Below the pieces are notes generated by a model. It did no database searches and was not told where the DNA came from. It saw nothing but the letters and a program-made list of their open reading frames with translations. The translations under genes were made by a program, and so were the position numbers. 64,000 nucleotides of DNA from the human T2T-CHM13v2.0 reference genome, Homo sapiens, in the NCBI RefSeq assembly GCF_009914755.1, contig NC_060933.1, one strand, 5' to 3'. This document shows, piece by piece, positions 41,801 through 56,900 of the stretch. Every line of letters starts with the position of its first letter. Within the stretch, counting starts at the first letter, position 1.

Positions 41801-44800
41801 GCAGGGGAATGGAATGGAATGGAATTCAGTGGAATGGAATGATCCGGAATGGAATGGAATGGAATGGAATGGAATGGAATGGAATGGAATCAACGCGAGT
41901 GCAATGGAATGGAGAGGAATGGAATGGAATGGAATGGAAACTACCCGAATGGAATGGAATGTAATGGAGTGTAAGGGAATTGAATAGAATCAATCCGAAT
42001 GTAATGGAATGGAATGAAACGGAATGGAATGAAATGGAATGGAATGGAATGGAATGGAATGCAATGGAATGGAATAAACCCGAGTGCAATCGAATGGAAT
42101 CGAATGGAATGGAATGCAATGGAATGGATTCAACTTGAATGGAATGGAAAGAATGGAATCAACATGAGTGGAATGGCATGGATTGGAATGGAATGGAATG
42201 GAATCAACCCGAGTACAGGGGAATGGAATGGAATGGAATGGAATGCAATGGAATGGAATCATCCGTAATGGAATGGAAAGGAATGGAATGGAATGGAATG
42301 GAATGGAATGGAATGGAATCAACACGATTGCAATCGAATGGAATGGAATGGAATTAACCCGAATAGAATGGAATGGAATGGTATGGAACGGAACGGAATG
42401 GAATGGAATGGAATGGAATGGAACGGAACGGAACGAAATGGAATGGAATGGAATGGAATGGAATGGACTGGAATGGAATCAACGTGAGTGCAGGGGAATG
42501 GAATGGAATGGAATGCAATGGAATGGTATGTTCCGGAATGGAATGGAATGGAATGGAATGGAATGGAATGGAATGGAATGGAATCGAACGGTATAGAATG
42601 GAATGGAACGAAATGCAATGGAATGGAATGGAATGGAATGGAATGGAAAGGAATGGAAACGTTCCGAGTGGAATAGGAGGGAATGTATTCGAGTGGAATG
42701 GAAAGGAATGGAATCAACCAGCGTGGAATGGAAGGGAATGGAAAGGAATGGAAACTAATAGAATGGAATCAACCCGAGTGGAATGGAATGGAAAGGACTG
42801 AATGGAATGGAATGGAATGGAATGGAATGGAATCAACTCGATTGTAATGGAATGGAATGGAATGGAATGGAATGGAATGGAATGGAATTAACCCGAATAC
42901 AATGGAATGGAATGGAATGGAACTGAATGGAGTGGAATGGAATGGAATCAACCCGAGAGCAGGGGAATGGAAAGGAATGGAATGCAATGGAAAGGAATCA
43001 TCCGGAATGGAATGGAAAGGAATAGAATGGAATCAACCCGAGTGGAATGGAATGGAAAGGACTGGAATGGAGTGGAAGGAAATGGAATGGAATGGAATGG
43101 AATCAACTCAATTGGAATGGAATGGAATGGAATGGAATGGAATGGAAAGGAATTAACCCGAATAGAATGGAATGGAATGGAATGGAACGGAATGGAATGG
43201 AATGGAATGGAATGGAATGGAATGGAATCAACTCGACTGCAGGGGAATGGAATGGAATGGAATGCAATGGAATGGAATCATCCGGAACGGAATGGAATGG
43301 AATGGAATGGAATCAACTCGATTGCAATGGAATGGAATGGAATGGAATGGAATGGAATGGAATGGAATTAACACGAATAGAATGGAATGGAATGGAATGG
43401 AAAGGAATGGAAGGGAATGGAATGGAATGTAATCAACCCGAGTGCAGGGGAATGGAATGGAATGGAATGCAATTGAATGCAATCATCCGCAATGGAATGG
43501 AATGCAATGGAATGCAATCAACCCGATGCAATGGAATGGAGTGGAATGGAATAGAATGGAATGGAATGGAATCAACTCGATTGCAATCGAATGGAATGGA
43601 ATGGAATTAACCCGAATAGAATGGAATGGAATGGAACGGAACGGAACGGAACGGAATGGAATGGAATGGAATGGAATGGAATGGAACGGAACGGAATGGA
43701 ATGGAATGGAATGGAATGGAATTAACGCGAGTGCAGGGGAATGGAATGGAATGGAATGCAATGGAATGGAATCTTCCGGAATGGAATGGAATGGAATGGA
43801 ACAACCCGAATGGAATGGAATGTAATGGAGAGTAAGGGAGTTGAATAGAATCAATCCGAATGTAATGGAATGGAATGGAACGGAATGCAATGGAATGGAA
43901 TGGAATGGAATGGAATCAACCCGAGTACAATGGAATGGAATGAAATGGAATGGAACGGAATGGAATGGAATGGAATGGATTCAACTTGAATGGAATGGAA
44001 AGAATGGAATCAACACGAGTGGAATGGCATGGATTGGAATGGAATGGAATGGAATCAACCCATGTACAGGGGAATGGAATGGAATGGAATGTAATGCAAT
44101 GGAATGGAATCATCCGTAATGGAAAGGCAAGGAAAGGAATGGAATGGAATGGAATGGAATGGAATCGAATGGAATCAACTCGATTGCAATCGAATGGAAT
44201 GGAATGGGATTAACCCGAATAGAATGCAATGCAATGGAGTGGAACGGAACTGAACGGAACGGAATGGAATGGAATGGAATGGAATGAAACGGAACGGATC
44301 GGAACGGAATGGAATGGAATGGAATGGAATGGAATGGAATGGAATGGAATCAACGTGAGTGCAGGGTAATGGAATGGAATGGAATGCAATGGAATGGAAT
44401 CTTCCGGAATGGAATGGAATGGAATGGAATGGAATGCAATGGATTCAACTCGATTTCAATGGAATGGAATAGAATGGAATGGAATGGAATGGAATGGAAT
44501 GGAATTAACCCGAATAGAATGGAATGGAATGGAATGGAACGGAACGGAACGGAATGGAATGGAATGGAATGGAATGGAATGGAATGGATTTGAATGGAAT
44601 GGATTGGTACGGAATAGAATGGAATGGAAAGAATTAGAATGGAATGGAATGGAATGGAATGGAATGGAATCAACCTGAGTACAGGGGAATGTAATGGAAC
44701 GGAATGCAATGGAATGGAATCATCCGGAATGGAATGGAATGGAATGGAATGGAATGGAATGGAATGGAATGGAATCAACCCGAGTGCAATGGAATGGAGT

Positions 44801-46429
44801 GGAATGGAATGGAATGGAATGGAACAACCCGAATGGAAAGGAATGTAATGGAGAGTAAGGGAGTTGAATAGAATCAATCCGAATGTAATGGAATGGAATG
44901 GAATGGAATGGAATGGAATGGAATGGAATGGAATGCAATGGAATGGAATCAACCCGAGTACAATGGAATGGAATGGAATGGAATGGAATGGAATGGAATG
45001 GAATGGAATGGAATGGAATCAACCCGAGTGCGATGGAATGGAGAGGAATGGAATGGAATGCAATGGAAACTACCCGAATGTAATGGAATGTAATGGAGTG
45101 TAAGGGAATTGAATAGAATCAATCCGAATGGAATGGAATGGAATGGAACGGAATGGAATGGAAGGGAATGGAATGGAATCAACCCGAGTGCAGGGGAATG
45201 GAATGGAATGGAATGCAATGGAATGGAATCATCCGAAATGGAATGGAATGGAATGGAATGGAATGGAATGGAATGGTACGGAATAGAATGGATTGGAAAG
45301 AAATGGAACGGAATGGAATGGAATGGAATGGAATGGAATGGAATGGAATCGTTCCGAGTGGAATAGGAGGGAATCTATTCGAGTGGAATGGAAAGGAATG
45401 GAATCAACCAGAGTGGAATGGAATGGAATGGAATGGAATGGAATTGAATGGAATGGAATGCAATGGAATGAAATCAACCCGAGTACAATGGAATGGAATG
45501 GAATGGAATGGAATGGAATGGAATGGAATGGAATGGAATGGAATGGAATCAACTCGATTGCAATCGAATGGAATGGAATGGAATTAACCCGAATAGAATG
45601 GAATGGAACGTAATGGAACGGAACGGAATGGAATGGAATGGAATGGAATGGAACGGAAAGGAATGGAATGGAATGGAATGGAATGGAAACAACGCGAGTG
45701 CAGGGGAATGGAATGGAATCAAACGGAATGGAATGGAATCAACCCGATTGCAGGGGAATGTAATGGAACGGAATGCAATGGAATGGAATCATCCGGAATG
45801 GAATGGAATGGAATGGAATGGAATGGAATGGAATGGAATCAACGCGAGTGCAGGGGAATGGAATGGAATGGAATGCAATGGAATGCAATCTTCCGGAATG
45901 GAATGGAATGGAAAGGAATGGAATACAATGCAATGGATTCAACTCGATTACAATGGAATGGAATAGAATGCAATGGAATGGAATGGAATGGAATTAACCC
46001 AAATAGAATGGAATGGAATGGAATGGAAAGGAATGGAATGGAATGGAATGGAATGGAATGGAATGGAATGGAATGGAATAGAATCAACGCGAGTGCAGGG
46101 GAATGAAATGGAATGGAATGCAATGGAATGGAATCATCCGAAATGGAATGGAATGGAATGGAATGGAATGGAATGGAATGGAATCAACCCGAGTGCAATG
46201 GAATGGAGTGGAATGGAATGGAATGGAATGGAACAACCCGAATGGAATGGAATGTAATGGAGAGTAAGGGAGTTGAATAGAATCAATCCGAATGTAATGG
46301 AATGGAATGCAACGGAATGGAATGGAATGGAATGGAATGCAATGGAATGGAATCAACCCGAGTACAATGGAATGGAATGGAATGGAATGGAATGGAATGG
46401 AATAGAATGGAATGGAATGTAAAGGAACT

Positions 46430-47240
46430 GAATGGAATGGAATGACTTCAAACCGAATGGAATGGAAAGGAATGGAATCAACACAAGTGGAATGGAATGG
46501 AATGGAATGGAATGGAATGGAATGGTACGGAATAGAATGGAATGGAACGAAATGGAATGGAATGGAATGGAATGGAATGGAATGGAATGGAATTGAATGG
46601 AATGGAATCGTTCCGAGTGGAATAGGAGGGAATGTATTCGAGTGGAATAGAAAGGAAAGGAATCAACCAGAGTGGAATGTAAGGGAATGGAATGGAATGG
46701 AAACTAATAGAGTGGAATCAACCCGAGTGGAATGGAATGGAAAGGACTGAATGGAATGGAATGGAATGGAATGGAATGGAATGGAATCAACTCGATTGTA
46801 ATGGAATGGAATGGAATGGAATGGAAAGGAATTGAATGGAATGGAATGGCTTCAAAACGAATGGAATGGAAAGGAATGGAATCAACACGAGTGGAATGGA
46901 ATGGAATGTAATGCAATGGAATGGAATGGAATGGAATCGTACAGAATAGAATGGAATGGAACGAAATGAAATGGAATGGAATGGAATGGAATGGAATGGA
47001 ATGGAATGGAATGGAAAGGAATGGAATCGTTCCGAGTGGAATAGGAGGGAATGTATTCGAGTGGAATGGAAAGGAATGGAATCAACCAGCGTGGAATGGA
47101 AGGGAATGGAATGGAATGGAAACTAATAGAATGGAATCAACCCGAGTGGAATGGAATGGAAAGGACTGAATGGAATGGAATGGAATGGAATGGAATGGAA
47201 TGGAATGGAATGGAATCAACTCGATTGTAATGGAATGGAA
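46430..47240 (+). repeat. ~419-bp tandem duplication
   Basis: cgttccgag at 46609 and 47028; aaaggactgaatgg at 46741 and 47160; cttcaaa module near 46446 and 46850. Confidence 0.78.
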
Positions 47241-48489
47241 TGGAATGGAAGGGAATGGAATGGAATTAACCCTAATAGAATGGAATGGAATGGAATGGAA
47301 AGGAATGGAATGGAATGGAATGGAATGGAATGGAATGGAATCAACGCGAGTACAGGGGAATGGAATGGAATGGAATGCAATGGAATGGAATCTTCCGGAA
47401 TGGAATGGAATGGAATGGAATGGAATGGAATGCAATGGATTCAACTCGATAGCAATGGAATGGAATAGAATGGAATGGAATGGAATGGAATGGAAAGGAA
47501 TAGAATGGAATCAACCCGAGTGGAATGGAATGGAAAGGACTGGAATGGAGTGGAATGGAATGGAATGGAATGGAATGGAATCAACTCGATTGGATTGGAA
47601 TGGAATGGAATGGAATGGAATGGAATGGAATGGAATGGAATTAACCCGAATAGAATGGAATGGAACGGAATGGAACGGAAAGGAACGGAACGGAACGGAA
47701 TGGAATGGAATGGAGTGGAGTGGAATGGAATTGAATGGAATCAACCCGACTGCAGGGGAATGGAAAAGAATGGAATGCAATGGAATGGAATCATCCGGAA
47801 CGGAATGGAATGGAATGGAATGGAATCAACTCGATTGCAATGGAATGGAATGGAATGGAATGGAATGGAATGGAATGGAGTTAACCCGAATAGAATGGAA
47901 TGGAATGAAATGGAATGGAATGGAATCGGATGGAATGCAATGGTACGGAATAGAATGGAATGGAATGAAATGTAATGGAATGGAATGGAATGAAATGGAG
48001 TGGAATTGAATGGAATGAACTCGTGTGCAATAGAATGGAATGGAATGGAATGGAATGGATTCAACTCGAATGGAATCAACTCGATTGCAATGGAATGGAA
48101 TGGAATGGAAAGGAATAGAATGGAATCAACCCGAGTGGAATGGAATGGAAAGGACTGGAATGGAGTGGAATGGAATGGAATGGAATTAACCCGAATAGAA
48201 TGGAATGGAATGGAATGGAACGGAATGGAATGGAATGGAATGGAATGGAATCAACCCGAGTGCAGGGGAATGGAATGAAATGGAATGCAATGGAATGGAA
48301 TCATCCGAAATGGAATGGAATGGAATGGAAAGGAATGGAATGCAATGCAATGGAATGGAATGGAATGGAATTGAATGGAATGGAATGGAATCAACTCGAT
48401 TGTAATGGAATGGAATGGAATGGAATGGAATGGAGTGGAATCGAATTAACCCGAATACAATGGAATGGAATGGAATGGAACGGAATGGA

Positions 48490-51400
48490 ATGGAATGGAA
48501 TGGAATCAACCCGAGTGCAGGGGAATAGAATGGAATGGAATGCAATGGAATGGAATCATGCGGAATGGAATGGAATGGAATGGAATGGAATGCAAAGCAA
48601 TGGAATCAACTCGATTGCAATGGAATGGAATGGGATGGAAAGGAATAGAATGGAATCAACCCGAGAGGAATGGAATGGAAAGGAATGGAATGGAGTGGAA
48701 TGGAATGGAATGGAATGGAATGGAATGGAATCAACTCGATTGTATTGGAATGGAAAGGAATGGAATGGAATGAAATGGAATGGATTTAACCAGAATAGAA
48801 TGGAATGGAATGGAATGGAACGGAATGGAATGGAATGGAATGGAATGGAATGGAATGGAATCAACCCGACTGAAGGGGAATGGAATGGAATGGAATGCAA
48901 TGGAATGGAATCATCCGGAACGGAATGGAATGGAATGGAAAGGAATGGAATGGAATGCAATGGATTCAACTCGATTGCAATGGAATGGAATAGAATGGAA
49001 TGGAATGGAATGGAATGGAATGGAATGGAATGGAATGGAATGGAATTAACCTGAATGGAATGGAATGGAATGGAATGGAAAGGAATGGAAGGGAATGGAA
49101 TGGAATGGAATGGAATGGAATGGTATGGAATGGAATGGAATGGAATGGTAAGGAATAGAATGGAATGGAACGAATTGGAATGGAATGGAATCGAATGGAA
49201 TGGAATGCAATGGAATGAAATCATCCGGAATGGAATGGAATGGAATGGAATGGAATGGAATGGAATCAACTCGAGTGCAATGGAATGGAGTGGAATGGAA
49301 TGGAATGGAATGGAACAACCCGAATGGAATGGAATGTAATGGAGAGTAAGGGAGTTGAATAGAATCAATCCGAATGCAATGGAATGGAATGGAACGGAAT
49401 GGAATGGAATGGAATGGAATGGAATGGAATGCAATGGAATGGAATCAACCCGAGTACAATGGAATGGAATGGAATGGAATGGAATGGAATGGAATGGAAT
49501 AGAATGGAATGGAAAGGAATTGAATGGAATGGAATGACTTCAAACCGAATGGAATGGAAAGGAATGGAATCAACACGAGTGGAATGGAATGGAATGGAAT
49601 GCAATGGAATGCAATGGTACGGAATAGAATGGAATGGAACGAAATGGAATGGAATGGAATGGAATGGAATGGAATGGAATGGAATCGTTCCGAGTGGAAT
49701 AGGAGGGAATGTATTCGAGTGGAATGGAAAGGAATGGAATCAACCAGAGTGGAATGGAAGGGAATGGAATGGAATGGAAACTAATAGAATGGAATCAACC
49801 CGACTGGAATGGAATGGAAAGGACTGGAATGGAATGGAATGGAATGGAATGGATTCAACTCGATTGTAATGCAATGGAATGGAATGGAATGGAATGGAAT
49901 GCAGTGGAATGGAATGGAATCAACCAGAGTGCAGGGGAATGGAATGGAATGGAATGCAATGGAATGGAATCATCCGGAATGGAATGGAATGGAATGGAAT
50001 GCAAAGCAATGGAATCAACTCGATTGCAATGGAATGAAATGGAATGGAAAGGAATAGAATGGAATCAACCCGAGTGGAATGGAATGGAAAGGAATGGAAT
50101 GGAGTGGAATGGAATGGAATGGAATGGAATGGAATGGAATCAACTCGATTGGAATGGAATGGAATGGAATGGATTGGAATGGAATGGAATGGAATGGAAT
50201 GCAATGGATTCAACTCGATTGCAATGGATTGTAATAGAATGGAATGGAATGGAATGGAATGGAATTAACCCGAATAGAAAGGAATGGAATTGAATGGAAC
50301 GGAACGGAACGGAACGGAACGGAATGGAATGGAATGGAATGGAATGGAATGCAATTGTATGGAATGGAATGGAATGGTAGGGAATAGAATGGAATGGAAA
50401 GAATTGGAATGGAATGGAATCGAATGGAATGGAATGGAATCAACCCGACTGCAGGGGAATGTAATGGAACGAAATGCAAAGGAATGGAAACATCCGGAAT
50501 GGAATGGAATGGAATGGAATGGAATGGAATGGAATGGAATGGAATGGAAATATCCCGAATAGAATGGAATGGAATGGAATGGAACGGAACGGAATGGAAT
50601 GGAATGGAATGGAATGGAATTGAATGGAATGGAATGGAATGGAATGGAATCAACCCGACTGCAGGGAAATGGAATGGAATGGAATGCAATGGAATGGAAT
50701 CATCCGGAACGGAATGGAATGGAATGGAATGGAATCAACTCGATTGCAATGGAATGGAAAGGAATGGAATGGAATGGAATGGAATGGAATGGAATGGAAT
50801 GGAATGGAATGGAATTAAACCGAAAAGAATGGAATGGAATAGAATGGAATGGAATGGAATGGAATGGAATGGAATCAACTCGATTTCAATGGAATGGAAT
50901 GGAATACAATGGAATGGAATTAAGACGAATAGAATGGAATGGAATGGAATGGAATGGAAGAGAAAGGAATGGAATGGAATGGAATGGAATCAACCCAAGT
51001 GCAGGGGAATGGAATGGAATGGAATTCAATGGAATGGAATCATCCGGAATGAAATGGAATGGAATGAAATGTAATGTAATGTAATGGAATGGAATGGAAT
51101 CAACCCGAGTGCAATGGAATGGAGAGGAATGGAATGGAATGGAATGGAAACTACCCGAATGGAATGGAATGTAATGGAGTGTAAGGGAATTGAATAGAAT
51201 CAATCCGAATGTAATGGAATGGAATGGAACGGAATGGAATGGAATGGAATGGAATGGAATGGAATGCAATGGAATGGAATCAACCCGAGTACAATGGAAT
51301 GGAATGGAATGGAATGGAATGGAATGGAATGGAATGGAATGGAATCAACTCGATTGCAATCGAATGGAATGGAATGGAATTAACCCGAATAGAATGGAAT

Positions 51401-53950
51401 GGAACGGAATGGAACGGAACGGAATGGAATGGAATGGAATGGAATGGAACGGAAAGGAATGGAATGGAATGGAATGGAATGGAATGGAATAGAATGGAAT
51501 GGAATGGAATCAAAGCGAATGCAGGGGAATGGAATGGAATCAAATGGAATGGAATGGAATCAACCCGAGTGCCGGGGAATGTAATGGAACGGAATGCAAA
51601 GGAATGGAATCATCCGGAATGGAATGGAATGGAATGGAATGGAATGGAATGGAATGGAATGGAGTGGAATGGAATGGAATGGAATGGAACAACCCGAATG
51701 GAATGGAATGTAATGGAGAGTAAGGGAGTTGAATAGAATCAATCCGAATATAATGGAATGGAATGGAACGGAATGGAATGGAATGGAATGGAATGGAATG
51801 GAATGGAATGGAATGGAATGGAATCAACCCGAGTACAATGGAATGGAATGGAATGGAATGGAATGGAATGGAATGGAATGGAAATGAAATGAATGGAATC
51901 AAGCCAAGTGCAATGGAATGGAGAGGAATGGAATGGAATGGAATGGAATGAAATGGAAAGGAATTGAATGGAATGGAATGACTTCAAACAGAATGGAATG
52001 GAAAGGAATGGAATCAACACGAGTGGAATGGAATGTAATGGAATGGAAGGGAATGGAATGGTACGGAATACAATGGAATAGAACGAAATGGAATGGAATG
52101 GAATGGAATGGAATGGAGTGGAATGGAATCGTTCCGAGTGGAATAGGAGGGAATGGATTCGAGTGGAATGGAAAGGAATGGAATCAACCCGAGTGGAATG
52201 GAATGGAAAGGACTGGAATGGAATGGAATGGAATGGAATGGAATGGAATCAACTCGATTGTAAAGGAATGGAATGGAATGGAATGGAATGGAATGGAATG
52301 GAATGGAATCAACCCGAGTGCAGGGGAATGGAATGGAATGGAATGCAATGGAATGGAATCATCCGGAATGGAATGGAATGGAATGGAATGCAAAGCAATG
52401 GAATCAACTCGATTGCAATGGAATGGAATGGAATGGAAAGGAATAGAATGGAATCAACCTGAGTGGAATGGAATGGAAAGGACTGGAATGGAGTGGAATG
52501 GAATGGAATGGAATGGAATGGAATCAACTCGATTTGATTGGAATGGAATGGAATGGAATGGAATGGAATGGAATGGAATGGAATTAACCCGAATAGAATG
52601 GAATGGAATGGAATGGAACGGAATGGAATGGAATGGAATGGAATGGAATGGAATGGAATGGAATCAACCCGACTGAAGGGGAATAGAATGGAATGGAATG
52701 CAATGGAATGGAATCATCCGGAACGGAATGGAATGGAATGGAATGGAAACGAATGGAATGGAATGCAATGGATTCAACTCGATTGCAATGGAATGGAATA
52801 GAATGGAATGGAATGGAATGGAATGGAATTAACCCGAATGGAATGGAATGGAATGGAATGGAAAGGAATGGAATGGAATGGAATGGAATGGAATGGAATG
52901 GAATGGAATGGTATGGAATGGAATGGAATGGAATGGAATGGTAAGGAATTGAATGGAATGGAACGAATTGGAATGGAATGGAATCGAATGGAATGGAATG
53001 CAATGGAATGGAATCATCCGGAATGGAATGGAATGGAATGGAATCAACCCGAGTGCAATGGAATGGAGTGGAATGGAATGGAATGGAATGGAACAACCCG
53101 AATGGAAAGGAATGTAATGGAGGGTAAGGGAGTTGAATAGAATCAATCCGAATGCAATGGAATGGAATGGAACGGAATGGAATGGAATGGAATGGAATGG
53201 AATGCAATAGAATGGAATCAACCCGAGTACAATGGAATGGAATGGAATGGAATGGAATGGAATAGAATGGAATGGAATAGAATGGAATGGAAAGGAATTG
53301 AATGGAATGGAATGACTTCAAATCGAATGGAATGGAAAGGAATGGAATCAACACGAGTGGAATGGAATGGAATGGAATGCAATGGAATGCAATGGTACGG
53401 AATAGAGTGGAATGGAACGAAATTTAATGGAATGGAATGGAATGGAATGGAATGGAATGGAATGGAATGGAATAGAATGGAATGGAATCGTTCCGAGTGG
53501 AATAGGAGGGAATGTATTCGAGTGGAATGGAAAGGAATGGAATCAACCAGAGTGGAATGGAAGGGAATGGAATGGAATGGAAACTAATAGAATGGAATCA
53601 ACCCGAGTGGAATGGAATGGAAAGGACTGGAATGGAATGGAATGGAATGGAATGGAATCAACTCGATTGTAATGGAATGGAATGGAATGGAGTGGAACTA
53701 ACCCGAATACAATGGAATGGAATGGAATGGAACGGAATGGAGTGGAAAGGAATGGAATCAACCCGAGTGCAGGGGAATGGAATGGAATGGAATGCAATGG
53801 AATGGAATCATCCGGAATGGAATGGAATGGAATGGAATGCACAGCAATGGAATCAACTCGATTGCAATGGAATGGAATGGAATGGAAAGGAATAGAATGG
53901 AATCAACCCGAGTGGAATGGAATGGAAAGGACTGGAATGGAGTGGAATGG
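48490..53950 (+). repeat. Diverged ~3.8-kb spaced duplication (~48490..50100 vs ~52310..53950)
   Basis: tcaacccgactgaagggg at 48861 and 52664 (offset 3803); cgttccgag at 49686 and 53489 (offset 3803); ggtaagg, gacttcaaa and gcaatggtacgg shared in the same order. Confidence 0.78.
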
Positions 53951-56900
53951 AATGGAATGCAATGGAATGGAATCAACTCGATTGGATTGGAATGGAATGG
54001 AATGGAATGGAATGGAATGGAATGGAATTAACCCGATTAGAATGGAATGGAATGGAATGGAACGGAACGGAACGGAACGGAACGGAACGGAATGGAATTG
54101 AATGGAATGGAATGGAATGGAATGGAATGGAATCAACCCGACTGCAGCGGAATGGAATGGAATGGAATGCAATGGAATGGAATCATCCGGAACGGAATGG
54201 AATGGAATGGAATGGAATCAACTCGATTGCAATGGAATGGAATGGAATGGAATGGAATGGAATGGAATGGAATGGAATGGAATTAACCCGTGTGCAATGG
54301 AATGGAATGGAATGGATTCAAATCGAATGGAATCAACTCGATTGCAATGGAATGGAATGGAATGGAAAGCAATAGAATGGAATCAACCCGAGTGGAATGA
54401 AATGGAAAGGACTGGAATGGAGTGGAATGGAATGGAATGGAATTAACCCGAATAGAATGGGATGGAATGGAATGGAACGGAATGTAATGGAATGGAATGG
54501 AATGGAATCAACCCGAGTGCAGGGGAATGGAATGGAATGGAATGCAATGGAATGGAATCATCCGAAATGGAATGGAATGGAATGGAAAGGAATGGAATGC
54601 AATGCAATGGAATGGAATGGAATGGAATGGAATGGAATGGAATCAATTCGATTTCAATGGAATGGAATGGAATAGAATGGAATGGAATGAACACGAATAG
54701 AAAGGAATGGAATGAAAGGGAATGGAACAGAACGCAATGGAATGGAATGGAATGGAATCAACCCAAGTGCAGGGGAATGGAATGGAATGGAATTCAATGG
54801 AATGGAATCATTCGGAATGGAATGGAATGGAATGGCATGGAATGGAATGGAATGGAATCAACTCGATTGCAATCGAATGGAATGGAATGGAATTAACCGG
54901 AATAGAATGGAATGGAATGGAATGGAACGGAACGGAAAGGAATGGAATGGAATGGAATGGAATGGAATGGAATGGAATGGAACGGAACGGAACGGAATGG
55001 AATGGAATGGAATGGAATGGAATGGAATCAACCCGACTGCAGGGGAATGGAATCGATTGGAATGCAGGGGAATGGAATGGAATGGAATGCAATGGAATGG
55101 AATCATCCGGAATGGAATGGAATGGAATGGAATGCAAAGCAATCGAATCAACTCGATTGCAATGGAATGGAATGGAATGGAAAGGAATAGAATGGAATCA
55201 ACCCGAGTGGAATGGAATGGAAAGGACTGGAATGGAGTGGAATGGAATGGAATAGAATGGAATGGAATGGAATCAACTCGATTGGAATGGAATGCAATGG
55301 AATGGAATGGAATGGAATGGAATGGAATTAACCCTAATAGAATGGAATGGAATTGAATGGAAAGGAATGGAATGGAATGGAATGGAATGGAATGGAATCA
55401 ACGCGAATGCAGGGGAACGGAATGGAATGGAATGCAATGGAATGGAATCTTCCGGAATGGAATGGAATGGAATGGAATGGAATGCAATGGTTTCAACTCG
55501 ATTGCAATGAAATGGAATAGAATGGAATGGAATGGAATGGAATGGAATTAACACGAATAGAATGGAATGCAATGGAATGGAACGGAACGGAACGGAACGG
55601 AACGGAATGGAATGGAATGGAATGGAATGCAATTGTATGGAATGGAATGGAATGGTACGGAATAGAATTGAATGGAAAGAATTGGAATGGAATGGAATTG
55701 AATGGAATAGAATGGTATGGAATTGAATCAACCCGAGTGCAGGGGAATGTAATGGAAGGGAATGCAATGGAATGGAATCATCCGGAATGGAATGGAATGG
55801 AATGGAATCAACCCGAGTGCAATGGAATGGAGTGGAATGGAATGGAATGGAATGGAACAACCCGAATGGAATGGAATGTAATGGAGAGTAAGGGAGTTGA
55901 ATAGAAACAATCCGAATATAATGGAATGGAATGGAATGGAATGGAATGCAATGGAATGCAAAGGAATGGAATCAACCCGACTGAAATCGAATAGAATCGA
56001 ATGGAATGGAATGCAATGGAATGGATTCAACATGAATGGAAAGGAAAGAATGGAATCAACAGGAGTGGAATGGCATGGATTGGAATGGAATGGAATGGAA
56101 TCAACCCGAGTACAGGGGAATGGAATGGAATGGAATGCAATGGAATGGAAACATCTGTAATGGAATGGAAAGGAATGGAATGGAATGGAATGGAATGGAA
56201 TGGAACGGAACGGAACGGAACGGAACGGAATGGAATGGAATGGAATGGAATGGAACGGAACGGAACGGAACGGAACAGAATGGAATGGAATGGAATGGAA
56301 TGGAATGGAATCAAAGCGAGTGCAGGGGAATGGAATGGAATGGAATGCAATGGAATGGAATCTTCCGGAATGGAATGGAATGGAATGGAAAGGAATGGAA
56401 TGCAATGCAATGGATTCAGCGCGATTGCAATGGAATGGAATAGAATGGAATGGAATGGAATGGAATGGAATGGAATTAACCCAAATAGAATGGAATGGAA
56501 TGGAAAGGAATGGAATGGAATGGAATGGAATGGAATGGAATGGAATGGAATGGAATGGAATGGTATGGAATGGAATGGAATGGAATGGTACGGAATAGAA
56601 TGGAATGGAAAGAATTGGAATGGAATGGAATCGAATGGAATGGAATGCAATGGAATAGAATCAACGCGAGTGCAAGGGAATGAAATGGAATGGAATGCAA
56701 TGGAATGGAATCATCCGAAATGGAATGGAATGGAATGGAATGGAATGGAATGGAATGGAATGGAATCAACCCGAGTGCAATGGAATGGAGTGGAATGGAA
56801 TGGAATGGAATGGAACAACCCGAATGGAATGGAATGTAATGGAGAGTAAGGGAGTTGAATAGAATCAATCCGAAGGTAATGGAATGGAATGGAACGGAAT

